Notes: a model not told the origin generated them from the sequence alone. Counted from the stretch's first letter, positions 9,645 to 17,712 are shown. The stretch is 40,774 nt of DNA from a bacterium (GCA_041497675.1 JBGQGY010000017.1:1-40774); one strand, 5' to 3'. Made by a program: numbers and translations.

Positions 9645-10466
9645 TTGGACGGTGAGTTTACGGGGAAAGTTGCGATCGTCACCGGCGCGTCCTCGGGGAT
9701 CTGCCGCGTGACCCTGCAGGCGTTTGTCCGCGCCGGCGCCCACGGCGTCATCGCGGATATCAATGAAGAATGGGGCCGGCAGGTCGCCGACGGCCTGCGC
9801 GCGGAGGGGGGGACCGTCACCTTCATCAAGACCGATGTACGGGACAGCGCCTCCGTGCAGCGGCTCATCGATGAAACCGTCAAGGTCTATGGCGGGCTGG
9901 ATATTTTGGTGAACTGCGCCGGGGTGGGCGTGCACAAGACGATCGTCGAGATGAGCGACGATGAGTGGGATTTTCAGGTCGACACGCAGCTGCGGGCCGT
10001 CTTTCTGACCTGCCGCGCGGCCGCCCGGCAGATGATCCCCCAGGGGCGGGGCGGCCGGATCATCAACTTTGGTTCGAGCGGCGGGTTGGTGGCGCGGCTG
10101 CGGTCCGCCGCGCACGGCGCGTCAAAGGCCGGCGTCGTGCACTTGACCAAGGTACTCGCGCTGGAGCTCGGGCCGCACAAGATCACGGCGAACGTGGTCG
10201 CCCCCGGTCTCACGGACATCCGCGCGGTCTCCAAATCCTATCCCATGGATGACTACATCGACCGGTTCGTTCAAGAGGTGCCGCTGGGCCGGCTCGCCGA
10301 TCCGCAGGAGATCGCCGACGTCGTGCTGTTTGTGGCGTCGGACCGCGCGCGGTTCGTCAACGCCCAGGCGATCTATGTGGACGGCGGGTATTCGGCGGGC
10401 AAACTGTCGATCGACGGCGCGCATCGCACGGTGCACACGCCGGATCGGACGCGCACATCACCATGA
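9645..10466 (+). CDS. Short-chain dehydrogenase/reductase with HxxxK in place of YxxxK
   Basis: TTG start after GGAGGT; VTGASSGIC, LVNCAG, GRIIN.GS, HGASK, NVVAPG, PLGR...P.EIA, VDGG. Confidence 0.88.
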   Translation: MDGEFTGKVAIVTGASSGICRVTLQAFVRAGAHGVIADINEEWGRQVADGLRAEGGTVTFIKTDVRDSASVQRLIDETVKVYGGLDILVNCAGVGVHKTIVEMSDDEWDFQVDTQLRAVFLTCRAAARQMIPQGRGGRIINFGSSGGLVARLRSAAHGASKAGVVHLTKVLALELGPHKITANVVAPGLTDIRAVSKSYPMDDYIDRFVQEVPLGRLADPQEIADVVLFVASDRARFVNAQAIYVDGGYSAGKLSIDGAHRTVHTPDRTRTSP

Positions 10467-11533
10467 GGGCGACGATTGTCCTCTTGCCGGGCGACGGGAT
10501 CGGCCCCGAGGTGACGGCCGAAGCCGTCAAGGTGCTGCGCGCCATCAGTCAATCGCGCGGGCACGCGCTGGTGTTTCAGGACGTCGTCTTTGGCTCCGCG
10601 GCGATCGAAAGGACCGGACACCCGTTGCCACCCGAGACGCTCGAGGCCTGCCGGAAGGCCGATGCGATCCTGCTCGGCGCCGTCGGCGGACCGCAGTGGG
10701 ACGGTCTGCCGCCCGACCGCCGACCCGAGGCGGGTCTGCTAAGCCTGCGCCGGCATCTCGACCTGTTCGCCAACCTCAGACCGATCCGCGCGTTCGACGT
10801 GCTGGTGGGCGCCTCACCGCTGCGCGCCGATGTCGTGCGGGGCACGGACATGTTGATTGTGCGGGAACTCACCGGCGGGCTCTACTTTGGAGAGCCGCGG
10901 GGCCGGCGGACTGAGGCGGGCCGGCGCGTCGCTGTGGATACGCTGCGTTACGGCGACGACGAGATCCGGCGCGTGGCCCGCGTGGCCTTCGATGCCGCAC
11001 GGCTGCGCCGCCGGCGGGTCACGTCAGTCGACAAGGCCAACGTCCTGCACTCGTCGCAGCTGTGGCGCGAGGTGGTCATCGAGGTGGCGCGAGACTATCC
11101 CGACGTGACGTGCGATCACGCGCTGGTGGATAGCACGGCGATGCAGTTGATCCGCCAGCCGTCAGCGTATGACGTGATCGTGACCGAGAACATGTTTGGC
11201 GACATCTTGAGCGACGAAGCCGCCGGTGTAGTTGGGTCGCTGGGGTTCCTGCCATCGGCGAGCCTGGGCGTCGGGAAGCCCTCGCTGTACGAGCCGGTCC
11301 ACGGCACCGCGCCGGATATCGCAGGGCGCGCGGTCGCCAATCCCGTGGGCGCGATCTTGAGCGCGGCGTTGCTCCTCCGGTACGCGCTGGGACTCACCGC
11401 CGAAGCGGATGCCGTTGAACGCGCCGTCGAGCAGGTCCTGACAGACGGGGCGCGCACCTTCGACATCGCTGCCGGTGGCCCGGCGCTGTCGACCTCGGCG
11501 TTTGGAGACCGCGTGGCGTCGCGCGTCGGGTGA
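10463..11533 (+). CDS. leuB: 3-isopropylmalate dehydrogenase
   Basis: LPGDGIGPEV, GAVGGPQWD, RPEAGLLSLRR..DLFANLRP, RELTGGLYFG, VDKANVL, NMFGDILSDEA, EPVHGTAPDIAG. Confidence 0.93.
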   Translation: MRATIVLLPGDGIGPEVTAEAVKVLRAISQSRGHALVFQDVVFGSAAIERTGHPLPPETLEACRKADAILLGAVGGPQWDGLPPDRRPEAGLLSLRRHLDLFANLRPIRAFDVLVGASPLRADVVRGTDMLIVRELTGGLYFGEPRGRRTEAGRRVAVDTLRYGDDEIRRVARVAFDAARLRRRRVTSVDKANVLHSSQLWREVVIEVARDYPDVTCDHALVDSTAMQLIRQPSAYDVIVTENMFGDILSDEAAGVVGSLGFLPSASLGVGKPSLYEPVHGTAPDIAGRAVANPVGAILSAALLLRYALGLTAEADAVERAVEQVLTDGARTFDIAAGGPALSTSAFGDRVASRVG

Positions 11534-11577
11534 CCGCGCGGTCTCCGGGTCCGCCCGGCGGGGAACATATCCTATCG

Positions 11578-12426
11578 ATGCGGGTCCCTCTTCTGTTCCC
11601 AATCGCGGGCATTGTGTTGCTGGCTGCTGCGTGTCAGCATGAGGCCCCCAGACGTCTGACGGCCGAGCAGGTGACGTCGCTTCTCGCCAACGGATCCACG
11701 GTACATGAAGTGGTGTACGCTGATCTCAACGAGGATGGGCGAGAAGAGGCATACGTCGCCACGATGACGCCGGCGCCCGAGCCTCACACCGCGGCCGTGG
11801 TCCTGGCTCCCGATGGGCGGGGCCGTATGGGCATCGTGTTCCAGCGCCGGCTGGCGGGTGAGACGTGGTTGCCCGTCCAAATCGGGCGTACCGCAGACGG
11901 CGCGCCGATGGTCGCAGTTTTCTCTACGCGCGCGGGCAACGTGGCCAATCTCAGCTACGTCGTGATCCAGCACGCCCGGGGGATTGTGCAGGCCGGTCTC
12001 GACCGCGCGGGGCTCATCGGTGGCCGCGTGCGGTTTATCCCCGATGGCCTGCTGGAGACGCGCGGCGATCTCGACCGCATCTATCGCTGGTCGGAGGCCG
12101 GCTGGCAGCCTGAGGATCTCGACAGCCAGTACCTGCCACCACTGCCGCCGGAGACGACGATGATCGAATACCGCATCAATCCCGTCCGCGGGCCGTTCAT
12201 CGACAGCCCACGCGCCGTCCGGATGCGCGTCGGACAGCACCTCTTCTTCAGACGGATGGATCAGGGCGAGCCGTCCCGTCTGATGTTCTCGGGCGGCGGC
12301 TCATCGTATGCCATCGGCCCCGACGGGGTCATCACGCTTTTGCAACCCGATCTGGTGGAGATCAACATTGAAGGTCCGGCCTACTCGGGCCGCACGGCGA
12401 CGATTTCCCTTCGGATCGACCCGTAA
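11578..12426 (+). CDS. Hypothetical lipoprotein
   Basis: ATG 11578 gives MRVPLLFPIAGIVLLAAAC (lipobox-like); DLNEDGREE resembles a Ca-binding DxxxDG loop. Confidence 0.7.
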   Translation: MRVPLLFPIAGIVLLAAACQHEAPRRLTAEQVTSLLANGSTVHEVVYADLNEDGREEAYVATMTPAPEPHTAAVVLAPDGRGRMGIVFQRRLAGETWLPVQIGRTADGAPMVAVFSTRAGNVANLSYVVIQHARGIVQAGLDRAGLIGGRVRFIPDGLLETRGDLDRIYRWSEAGWQPEDLDSQYLPPLPPETTMIEYRINPVRGPFIDSPRAVRMRVGQHLFFRRMDQGEPSRLMFSGGGSSYAIGPDGVITLLQPDLVEINIEGPAYSGRTATISLRIDP

Positions 12427-12438
12427 GCCAGGTACATT

Positions 12439-13020
12439 TTACTGCACTCTAAATCGTTTCCTCGCGATCTCGTGCAGGGTGGTCGACACGTTTGGATCCA
12501 CGATGTTGACTTTGACTTCATATTCCCCCGAAGCCTGCCCCGGAAGCACGAAGAGAAAGGCCGTGTCCTCAAACCCTCTTCTGCGGAGCCGAGCATTTTC
12601 CGAGGTCGCGATGGCCACGCCGCGCTCCCGCTCGACCTTGTGAAGCGTCACGTTGACGAGCCGCGGTCCGGGGATGTCGATGCGCTGCCACCGTCCGGCG
12701 ACGCCGATGCGCTCGCCGGGGTCAAGCCACTCTACCGCGGGCCGGACCGCACGGGGTGGATCGCCGGTTACTTTGACGATCTCCAGCGTCGCGCGAATGG
12801 TTCCGGGCGCCTTCGGTGATCGCTCGGGTAGACCTTCCTCCCACACGTGCCACCCGATGGCCAGCAGGCCGCCGGCGCCGAAGAGTAAGATACCCGTCCA
12901 GATCAGACCGGCGCCGGTCAGCGGTCCCCGCGTCTTCCGCCCAGCTGGGGTTCCTTGCTCTGTCCCTGTGATTGCCCGCCTCCAACGGTTCGCGTGGAAG
13001 GGCCACGGTATAGATAGCAT
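12439..13020 (-). CDS. Hypothetical single-pass membrane protein (start uncertain)
   Basis: One hydrophobic segment (LIWTGILLFGAGGLLAIGW) followed by a beta-rich domain; fills the gap between the lipoprotein and the tRNA promoter. Confidence 0.6.
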   Translation of the reverse strand: MLSIPWPFHANRWRRAITGTEQGTPAGRKTRGPLTGAGLIWTGILLFGAGGLLAIGWHVWEEGLPERSPKAPGTIRATLEIVKVTGDPPRAVRPAVEWLDPGERIGVAGRWQRIDIPGPRLVNVTLHKVERERGVAIATSENARLRRRGFEDTAFLFVLPGQASGEYEVKVNIVDPNVSTTLHEIARKRFRVQ

Positions 13021-14683
13021 ACCCAACGTTTCTCAAGCGTTTCTCGGTGGCGTTCGTGCGCGTTGACAGCGTCCCGACCCGGCGCCTAGAATGACTGTTG
13101 GCGGACTGTCCTTCCCATAATGGGAGCGTAGTGTAGCCTGGTTTAACACACCTGCCTGTCACGCAGGAGATCGCGGGTTCAAATCCCGTCGCTCCCGCCA
13201 ACTCGATCCCCACGCGCGGTGTGTTTCCTCCCTTTTCCTTGAGCAACTGATTGATTTCGTTCTCAGTCGGTGGCCGGCAGGCACCAGCCCTCCGGTACAG
13301 ACACGTCCCGCCCCAGCAGGTCACCAGGTCGAAGCCATCATGCCGGGGGGGGAGGGGTAAAGTCGACACCATGGTGTTGAATGTCGCCGCCAGCCTCTCG
13401 AAGTCGTCATCGTGCAGAACCAGAATGATCGGGACCTTGCGATGAAGGTACGTGTACCCTCCAGAGAGCGACCAGTGGAACCCGCGGATCGCGACCCCGC
13501 AGACCGTTGGGTCACGGCTGAGTTCCCGGAAAGCGATGAGGTTGCCCGACTCGCGCGACAACGGCGCCAGTGAGGGAGAACGGCCGGCAAAGTACGCGGA
13601 CGTGACAGCGAGAACAATCAAGCACGCCCCGACGAGCGCGCCTGGTGAGCGCGGTCGTCGCCACCAGGCGTTCAGTTCCGACGCCACCTCAGCCACGCTC
13701 GCCGCCGCGAGCGCAATCACGATCGGCAAAACAGGGTAGATGTAGCGGTATTCCTTGTGGGGAATCGCAGAATGGGTGAGCAGGATGGCCAATGCGACCC
13801 AACCCAACAATGGACTCCGACGTGCGCCCCACGCGGCAAGCGGGATCATCGGGCCCAGCTGCCAGGTTAGGATTAGCGCATACGTATACCACGGTGCCGC
13901 CAATCCAATGATCAGGCTCCTGCCCTCGACGATGTTGACCCAGAAGTAGCGAACATAGGACTGGAACGGGTACGACCATGTGATGGCATCGAGCAATCCG
14001 AAGGCGGCGACAGGCAGGACGATCCCCGCGATCATGGGGGCAAGCCTGTCTCTCCAATTCCTCCGACAGATGTACGCCGCGGCAAGAATCACCGCTGGGG
14101 TCAGGAGCGCCCGCAGCGCAAGAGCGAGCCCGAAGAAGAGCCCCGCCACAAACAGGCGATGCCGTTCCCGGATCGAGCTCCCATACACACCCAGGTACAG
14201 CCCCGGTAGGAAGAAATGAGCAGCCACGACCTCGTTCAGCGCCCTCGGAGCGTAGTAGACGAGTTCATACCAGATCGCGCAGGTCCCCGCAGCCACGACG
14301 GCCGCAATCGTCCCACTGGTTCGATAGCTCCACATGAACGCGAACCAGACCGTGCTCAGCGAAAGCAGAGACAGGACGACGGTGATGCCCAACAAGTAGC
14401 CGGCGGACCCTGCGCCGATCGAATCGGTCGCGCGCATCACGCCAGCCAGAAACGCAGGAAACACCCACGATCTGACCCCTTCGCGATACTCCCAGGTGAC
14501 CACGCCGTAGCCGTACGCCAGGCGGTGGGCAGCTTCGCGCGTTTGGAAGACTTCATCTGGATGATTGACGTTCGTGTGCCTAACGGCGAGACCTACGCGA
14601 AGCAGCAACGCGATGACAAAAATCGCCGTCAGCAGGAGAACAATCGAGGACCGCCACTTGGTTCTTCCTTCTTCCGTTTGCAT
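12722..14683 (-). CDS. GT-C glycosyltransferase, PIG-B/Alg9 (GT22)-like mannosyltransferase; plausible protein ends near 13228 but the frame has no stop until 12722
   Basis: HPDEVFQTREAAHRLAYGYGVVTWEY..GVRSW and HKEYRYIYP match the PIG-B-type loop motifs; many TM segments; Cys-containing C-terminal domain. Confidence 0.82.
   Translation of the reverse strand: MQTEEGRTKWRSSIVLLLTAIFVIALLLRVGLAVRHTNVNHPDEVFQTREAAHRLAYGYGVVTWEYREGVRSWVFPAFLAGVMRATDSIGAGSAGYLLGITVVLSLLSLSTVWFAFMWSYRTSGTIAAVVAAGTCAIWYELVYYAPRALNEVVAAHFFLPGLYLGVYGSSIRERHRLFVAGLFFGLALALRALLTPAVILAAAYICRRNWRDRLAPMIAGIVLPVAAFGLLDAITWSYPFQSYVRYFWVNIVEGRSLIIGLAAPWYTYALILTWQLGPMIPLAAWGARRSPLLGWVALAILLTHSAIPHKEYRYIYPVLPIVIALAAASVAEVASELNAWWRRPRSPGALVGACLIVLAVTSAYFAGRSPSLAPLSRESGNLIAFRELSRDPTVCGVAIRGFHWSLSGGYTYLHRKVPIILVLHDDDFERLAATFNTMVSTLPLPPRHDGFDLVTCWGGTCLYRRAGACRPPTENEINQLLKEKGGNTPRVGIELAGATGFEPAISCVTGRCVKPGYTTLPLWEGQSANSHSRRRVGTLSTRTNATEKRLRNVGYAIYTVALPREPLEAGNHRDRARNPSWAEDAGTADRRRSDLDGYLTLRRRRPAGHRVARVGGRSTRAITEGARNHSRDAGDRQSNRRSTPCGPARGRVA
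13063..13092 (+). promoter_or_regulatory. Sigma70-type promoter for tRNA-Asp
   Basis: TTGACA (13063-68), 18 bp spacer, TAGAAT (13087-92), about 30 bp upstream of the tRNA. Confidence 0.75.
13122..13200 (+). tRNA. tRNA-Asp (GTC)
   Basis: Cloverleaf: acceptor GGGAGCG/CGCTCCC, D stem GTGT/ACAC, anticodon arm CCTGC-CTGTCAC-GCAGG, T arm GCGGG-TTCAAAT-CCCGT, discriminator G and encoded CCA. Confidence 0.97.
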
Positions 14684-14746
14684 GTTGGCCCCCGCCTTTC
14701 CTCGTGACAGCAGCATCTTCCTTCGGGGTAAACCATTCTGACGAGG

Positions 14747-14761
14747 CTACCCGCCGAGTAG
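14747..14761. promoter_or_regulatory. Palindromic operator copy (CTACCC-GCC-GAGTAG) upstream of GT22-like gene
   Basis: One mismatch to CTACCC-N3-GGGTAG; a weaker copy CTTCCT-TCG-GGGTAA lies at 14717-14731. Confidence 0.55.
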
Positions 14762-14809
14762 TTTGCGAGTAGTGGGTCAAACGGAGAGCAGGAATGCGCC
14801 GCGAAACGC

Positions 14810-16216
14810 CTAGCACGATCTGGGCTTCAGAGTCTCTGGGACAACGAAATTCCGATACACCTCACAGTTGTGCATCGCGGATCCAAACACCCCAGGCGAT
14901 CCCTGGGGACGGGGGGTGCCGACGAGCACCGGATGAACGTAGATGAAGAAGATCAACGATCCGAGGGCGACCGCCGTCGCGACGGCGACCCGCCTCGGTG
15001 GATGAGGAATCATGGTAATCGCGAAGCCGAGCGCAAGACACAGAAATGGCACGGCCGGGAGAAAGTGGAACAGATATAGCCCACGAACGTGTGTGAGCAC
15101 AAACCACGGCGCGTAGGAACACACAAACCCAATGATGATGACGGCTTCGGCAGAGCGAAGATCGCGGGAGCGGATCAGGCGCGCCGCAGCATACGCCAGG
15201 GCCGGGATCGACAGCCACCAGACAAACGGGTTGCCGAGCGCGACGATTGCCGACGCGGTTGATTCTCCAATGGCGAGGAAGTAGATCACTGGCGACTTTC
15301 CGAGAATCCAGAACCAGGGCGGAGATTGCGCCATGTCACTCCTGGACGCGACGGAGTGGAAACCGATCATCGAGACTTGCTGACGACCCACGGCGCGCAG
15401 CCACGAGCCGTCGGCCCAGGGACTCGCGAGCAGGTTCCCGGACACGGTGCCGGCGTAGCTCGCCAGATAGAGCGCGACCGGCAGCAGCACGAGCCACAGG
15501 CCGATTGACGGGCCTTCCTCGCGCACCGTTCGCAGAAGGACCGGCCCTCGGCCATTGGACCGACGGGCAGACAGTCCCCAGATGATCGTGAGGAGCAATA
15601 CGGCGACGAGCGCGAAGGCCCCGGGCCACTTGGAGGCCATCGCCGCCCCTGCCGCGCCGCCCGCGGCGATTCGCCACGGGTGGCTGAATACGCTCGCGGC
15701 ACCGCCTGACGAAGTCCTGGTCGGTCGGTCGCGGTCGTAGACGCAGAAAAGAAGGGTCGCGACGCTAAAGAGCGTGACAAACACGTCGAGCATGGCAACG
15801 CGCGAGTGGACGAAGTGCAAGAAGTCGATGGCGAGGAGTCCCGCGGCGAGTGATGCACCGGCGGTCGAACGCAGGATGCGCCTAGCGAGGAGGTACACGA
15901 TCGCGACAGTCGCCGTTCCGGCGAGGACCGAGGCTGCGCGCCATCCGAGCGGGTTGTACCCGAACGCGGCGATCCCCAGGGCGATGAGCCATTTGGCCAG
16001 CGGCGGATGGACCACGACGTGAATCGCGCCACAGAGAGAGACGGAATGCAGAAGGTACCAGCAGGCTTCCCGTGCGTAATAGTACTCGTCGTAAACGAAA
16101 CTCGCGGGATCGCCAAGCAGGGCCAGCCGGAGCGCCCCCGCGACCAGGGTGATAGCCGCGATGGCGATCCAGTCGACCGGCGCCCAGGTACGAGCCGTCT
16201 TCTGGTTGGCGGACAC
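14810..16216 (-). CDS. Protein O-mannosyltransferase-like GT-C (PMT/GT39)
   Basis: Loop-1 acidic motif FVYDEYYY, VHPPLAKWLIA, GWR, SRVAMLD.F, KW, GNP..WW, Y.PW, HFLP; multi-TM. Start GTG 16216 is tentative (ORF track starts at 16282). Confidence 0.85.
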   Translation of the reverse strand: MSANQKTARTWAPVDWIAIAAITLVAGALRLALLGDPASFVYDEYYYAREACWYLLHSVSLCGAIHVVVHPPLAKWLIALGIAAFGYNPLGWRAASVLAGTATVAIVYLLARRILRSTAGASLAAGLLAIDFLHFVHSRVAMLDVFVTLFSVATLLFCVYDRDRPTRTSSGGAASVFSHPWRIAAGGAAGAAMASKWPGAFALVAVLLLTIIWGLSARRSNGRGPVLLRTVREEGPSIGLWLVLLPVALYLASYAGTVSGNLLASPWADGSWLRAVGRQQVSMIGFHSVASRSDMAQSPPWFWILGKSPVIYFLAIGESTASAIVALGNPFVWWLSIPALAYAAARLIRSRDLRSAEAVIIIGFVCSYAPWFVLTHVRGLYLFHFLPAVPFLCLALGFAITMIPHPPRRVAVATAVALGSLIFFIYVHPVLVGTPRPQGSPGVFGSAMHNCEVYRNFVVPETLKPRSC

Positions 16217-16251
16217 TCTGCTATCTTTGGCATCAGTCCTCTCGTCGTTCC

Positions 16252-16270
16252 TCCTACCCTGAGGGTAGGA
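16252..16270. promoter_or_regulatory. Perfect 9-1-9 palindrome TCCTACCCT-G-AGGGTAGGA (putative operator)
   Basis: Read directly; lies just upstream of the Pmt-like gene. Confidence 0.7.
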
Positions 16271-16312
16271 TTCCAACTGCAACAGGCCGTCTCAGCCGCA
16301 AGGGTCCAGGGA

Positions 16313-16327
16313 CTACCCTTCGGGTAG
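16313..16327. promoter_or_regulatory. Palindromic operator copy CTACCC-TTC-GGGTAG
   Basis: Perfect 6-3-6 copy 59 bp from the previous one, in the divergent pmt/luxR intergenic region. Confidence 0.68.
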
Positions 16328-16624
16328 GAGGATTCATCTGTCTTGCGTGTAATGTAAGGCTTTGCTTTAACCGGGAGGCGGAACCCGAATTTTACTGGAT
16401 CCTGGTATCCCCGGATCCAGACTTTAGGAGGACTCACAGGGCAAAAGTCTACCAGCCCCCAGAGGCTTAGAGGCTTATGATGATGACACCGGCCCCGTGT
16501 GGGAAGGTGTTAGTGTCGTCTCTGAGGGGTTTCGGGCCGAGGAACGAAGTCGCGCTACCGCGGCCTCACATCGCGCCATATCCGTCGCGAAGCTGTTGCG
16601 CCTCCCCCAATGCCGGGGGTTGAC

Positions 16625-17035
16625 ATGGCTCAAGTCGTGCCGACGGATGTTCTCGAGCGGATAGCGCATTCGCTGTCGGCGTCCAATGGGGCGCTTTCGA
16701 AGGAAGACGGGGCCGAGTTCGGTCGAGCGCTGACGGACCTGGCGGAGAGGATCGAGTTCGCTGCCGAGATTCTCAGGCAGTTGATCGAGTTGATTAATCC
16801 CCAGGTCGTTCTCCAGGACCTGCATCTCACGCCGCGGGAGCTCGAGATGCTCACGCACCTGGCCGAAGGTTCCTCCAATGTCGAAATCGCCGGGAAGTGC
16901 TGGGTCTCAGAGAATACGGTGAAATTCCACCTGAAGAACGTCTTCCGGAAGTTGCATGTGCGAGACCGCGGTCAGGCGATGATGCTTGCACGCGCGATCA
17001 ATCGGAAACTGCATCATTCTCCCGTAGAGAAGTGA
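16625..17035 (+). CDS. LuxR/GerE-type HTH transcriptional regulator with short non-receiver N-terminus
   Basis: LTPRELEMLTHLAEGSSNVEIAGKCWVSENTVKFHLKNVFRKLHVRDR is a canonical LuxR C-terminal HTH; start 16625 or 16610. Confidence 0.9.
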   Translation: MAQVVPTDVLERIAHSLSASNGALSKEDGAEFGRALTDLAERIEFAAEILRQLIELINPQVVLQDLHLTPRELEMLTHLAEGSSNVEIAGKCWVSENTVKFHLKNVFRKLHVRDRGQAMMLARAINRKLHHSPVEK

Positions 17036-17042
17036 AGACGTA

Positions 17043-17345
17043 GTGCCCGTACTCTGGCGGCTGTTCTGGGCGCTGGCCGCCCTCCAGATCGTCGACTTGG
17101 CCTCCACGTACCTCATCATCGCCCGGGGCGGCCGAGAGGGAAACATCTTCATGCGGGACGTGATTCACACCCCACTCGCGCCCGTCGTCAAGGGGTTCGC
17201 GCTCCTCTTCCTCGCCGGACTCATTGTCAGCAGTCTCCAGCGGGGCCGGCCGGCCCCCCACCGCCTCACCGCGATCACGTGGCTGATCCTGGGAATCTAC
17301 GTTGTGACAGCCTTGAACAACGCCAGCGTCCTGATTTTTCCCTGA
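17043..17345 (+). CDS. Small membrane protein, DUF5658-like
   Basis: Three hydrophobic helices; D..STY.....GG.E.N..M and K motifs typical of that family (from memory of the family, not searched). Confidence 0.65.
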   Translation: MPVLWRLFWALAALQIVDLASTYLIIARGGREGNIFMRDVIHTPLAPVVKGFALLFLAGLIVSSLQRGRPAPHRLTAITWLILGIYVVTALNNASVLIFP

Positions 17346-17360
17346 CTTCCATCCCGACGC

Positions 17361-17379
17361 TCCTACCCTCAAGGTAGGT
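17361..17379. promoter_or_regulatory. Palindromic operator copy upstream of flp pilin (TCCTACCCTCAAGGTAGGT)
   Basis: 17/19 identical to the reverse complement of 16252-16270; a half-site AGGTAG follows at 17400-17405. Confidence 0.7.
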
Positions 17380-17505
17380 TACACGGAATCCACCCGCTCA
17401 GGTAGTAGTATCCCGCAGCCTGTCGCGGCTAGCGTGGAACGTGGACGCGACCGCGAGCGCGAGGCGGCACGCGTTTACAAACAGCTCCTTGAGAGGGGGA
17501 TGGTT

Positions 17506-17712
17506 ATGCTTTGGTACCTGCGCGCTTGGCTGGCTGAGACACTCGATGATGAGAGGGGCGCCGCGGCCACCGAGTACGTGCTCCTGATTCTCGGCGTCGT
17601 CCTCTTCATGATCGTCGCGGCATTCGGGTTGCGCGACGTGCTTGCAGCTGCCGTCACCAGTATCAGCACCTGGATCGGTAGTGTCACGCCGCCTGCAGTT
17701 CCAGGACCTTAG
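17506..17712 (+). CDS. flp: Flp family type IVb pilin
   Basis: Leader ..DDERG|AAATEY (G at -1, E+5, Y+6), hydrophobic helix, short S/T/P-rich tail; SD GAGAGGGG; start 17506 or 17500. Confidence 0.9.
   Translation: MLWYLRAWLAETLDDERGAAATEYVLLILGVVLFMIVAAFGLRDVLAAAVTSISTWIGSVTPPAVPGP

Noticed and set aside
15367..16233. ATG with GAGAGGA SD at 16233 (minus), suggesting a frameshifted Pmt start
   Set aside because: That frame (MPKIAECPP...) has no Pmt motifs and no slippery site, and an in-frame GTG at 16216 gives a complete protein.
16435..16480. CACAGGGCAAA resembles the start of a c-di-GMP-I (GEMM) riboswitch, which often precedes pilus genes
   Set aside because: The required GNRA-capped P2 and the following G(A/G)CGCAAAG segment are absent; GGTAAACCATTC at 14727 fails the same way.
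14717..17405. The CTACCC/GGGTAG palindromes as CRISPR repeats or terminators
   Set aside because: Irregular spacing, no spacers or cas genes, no U-tracts, and they are located upstream of starts rather than downstream of stops.
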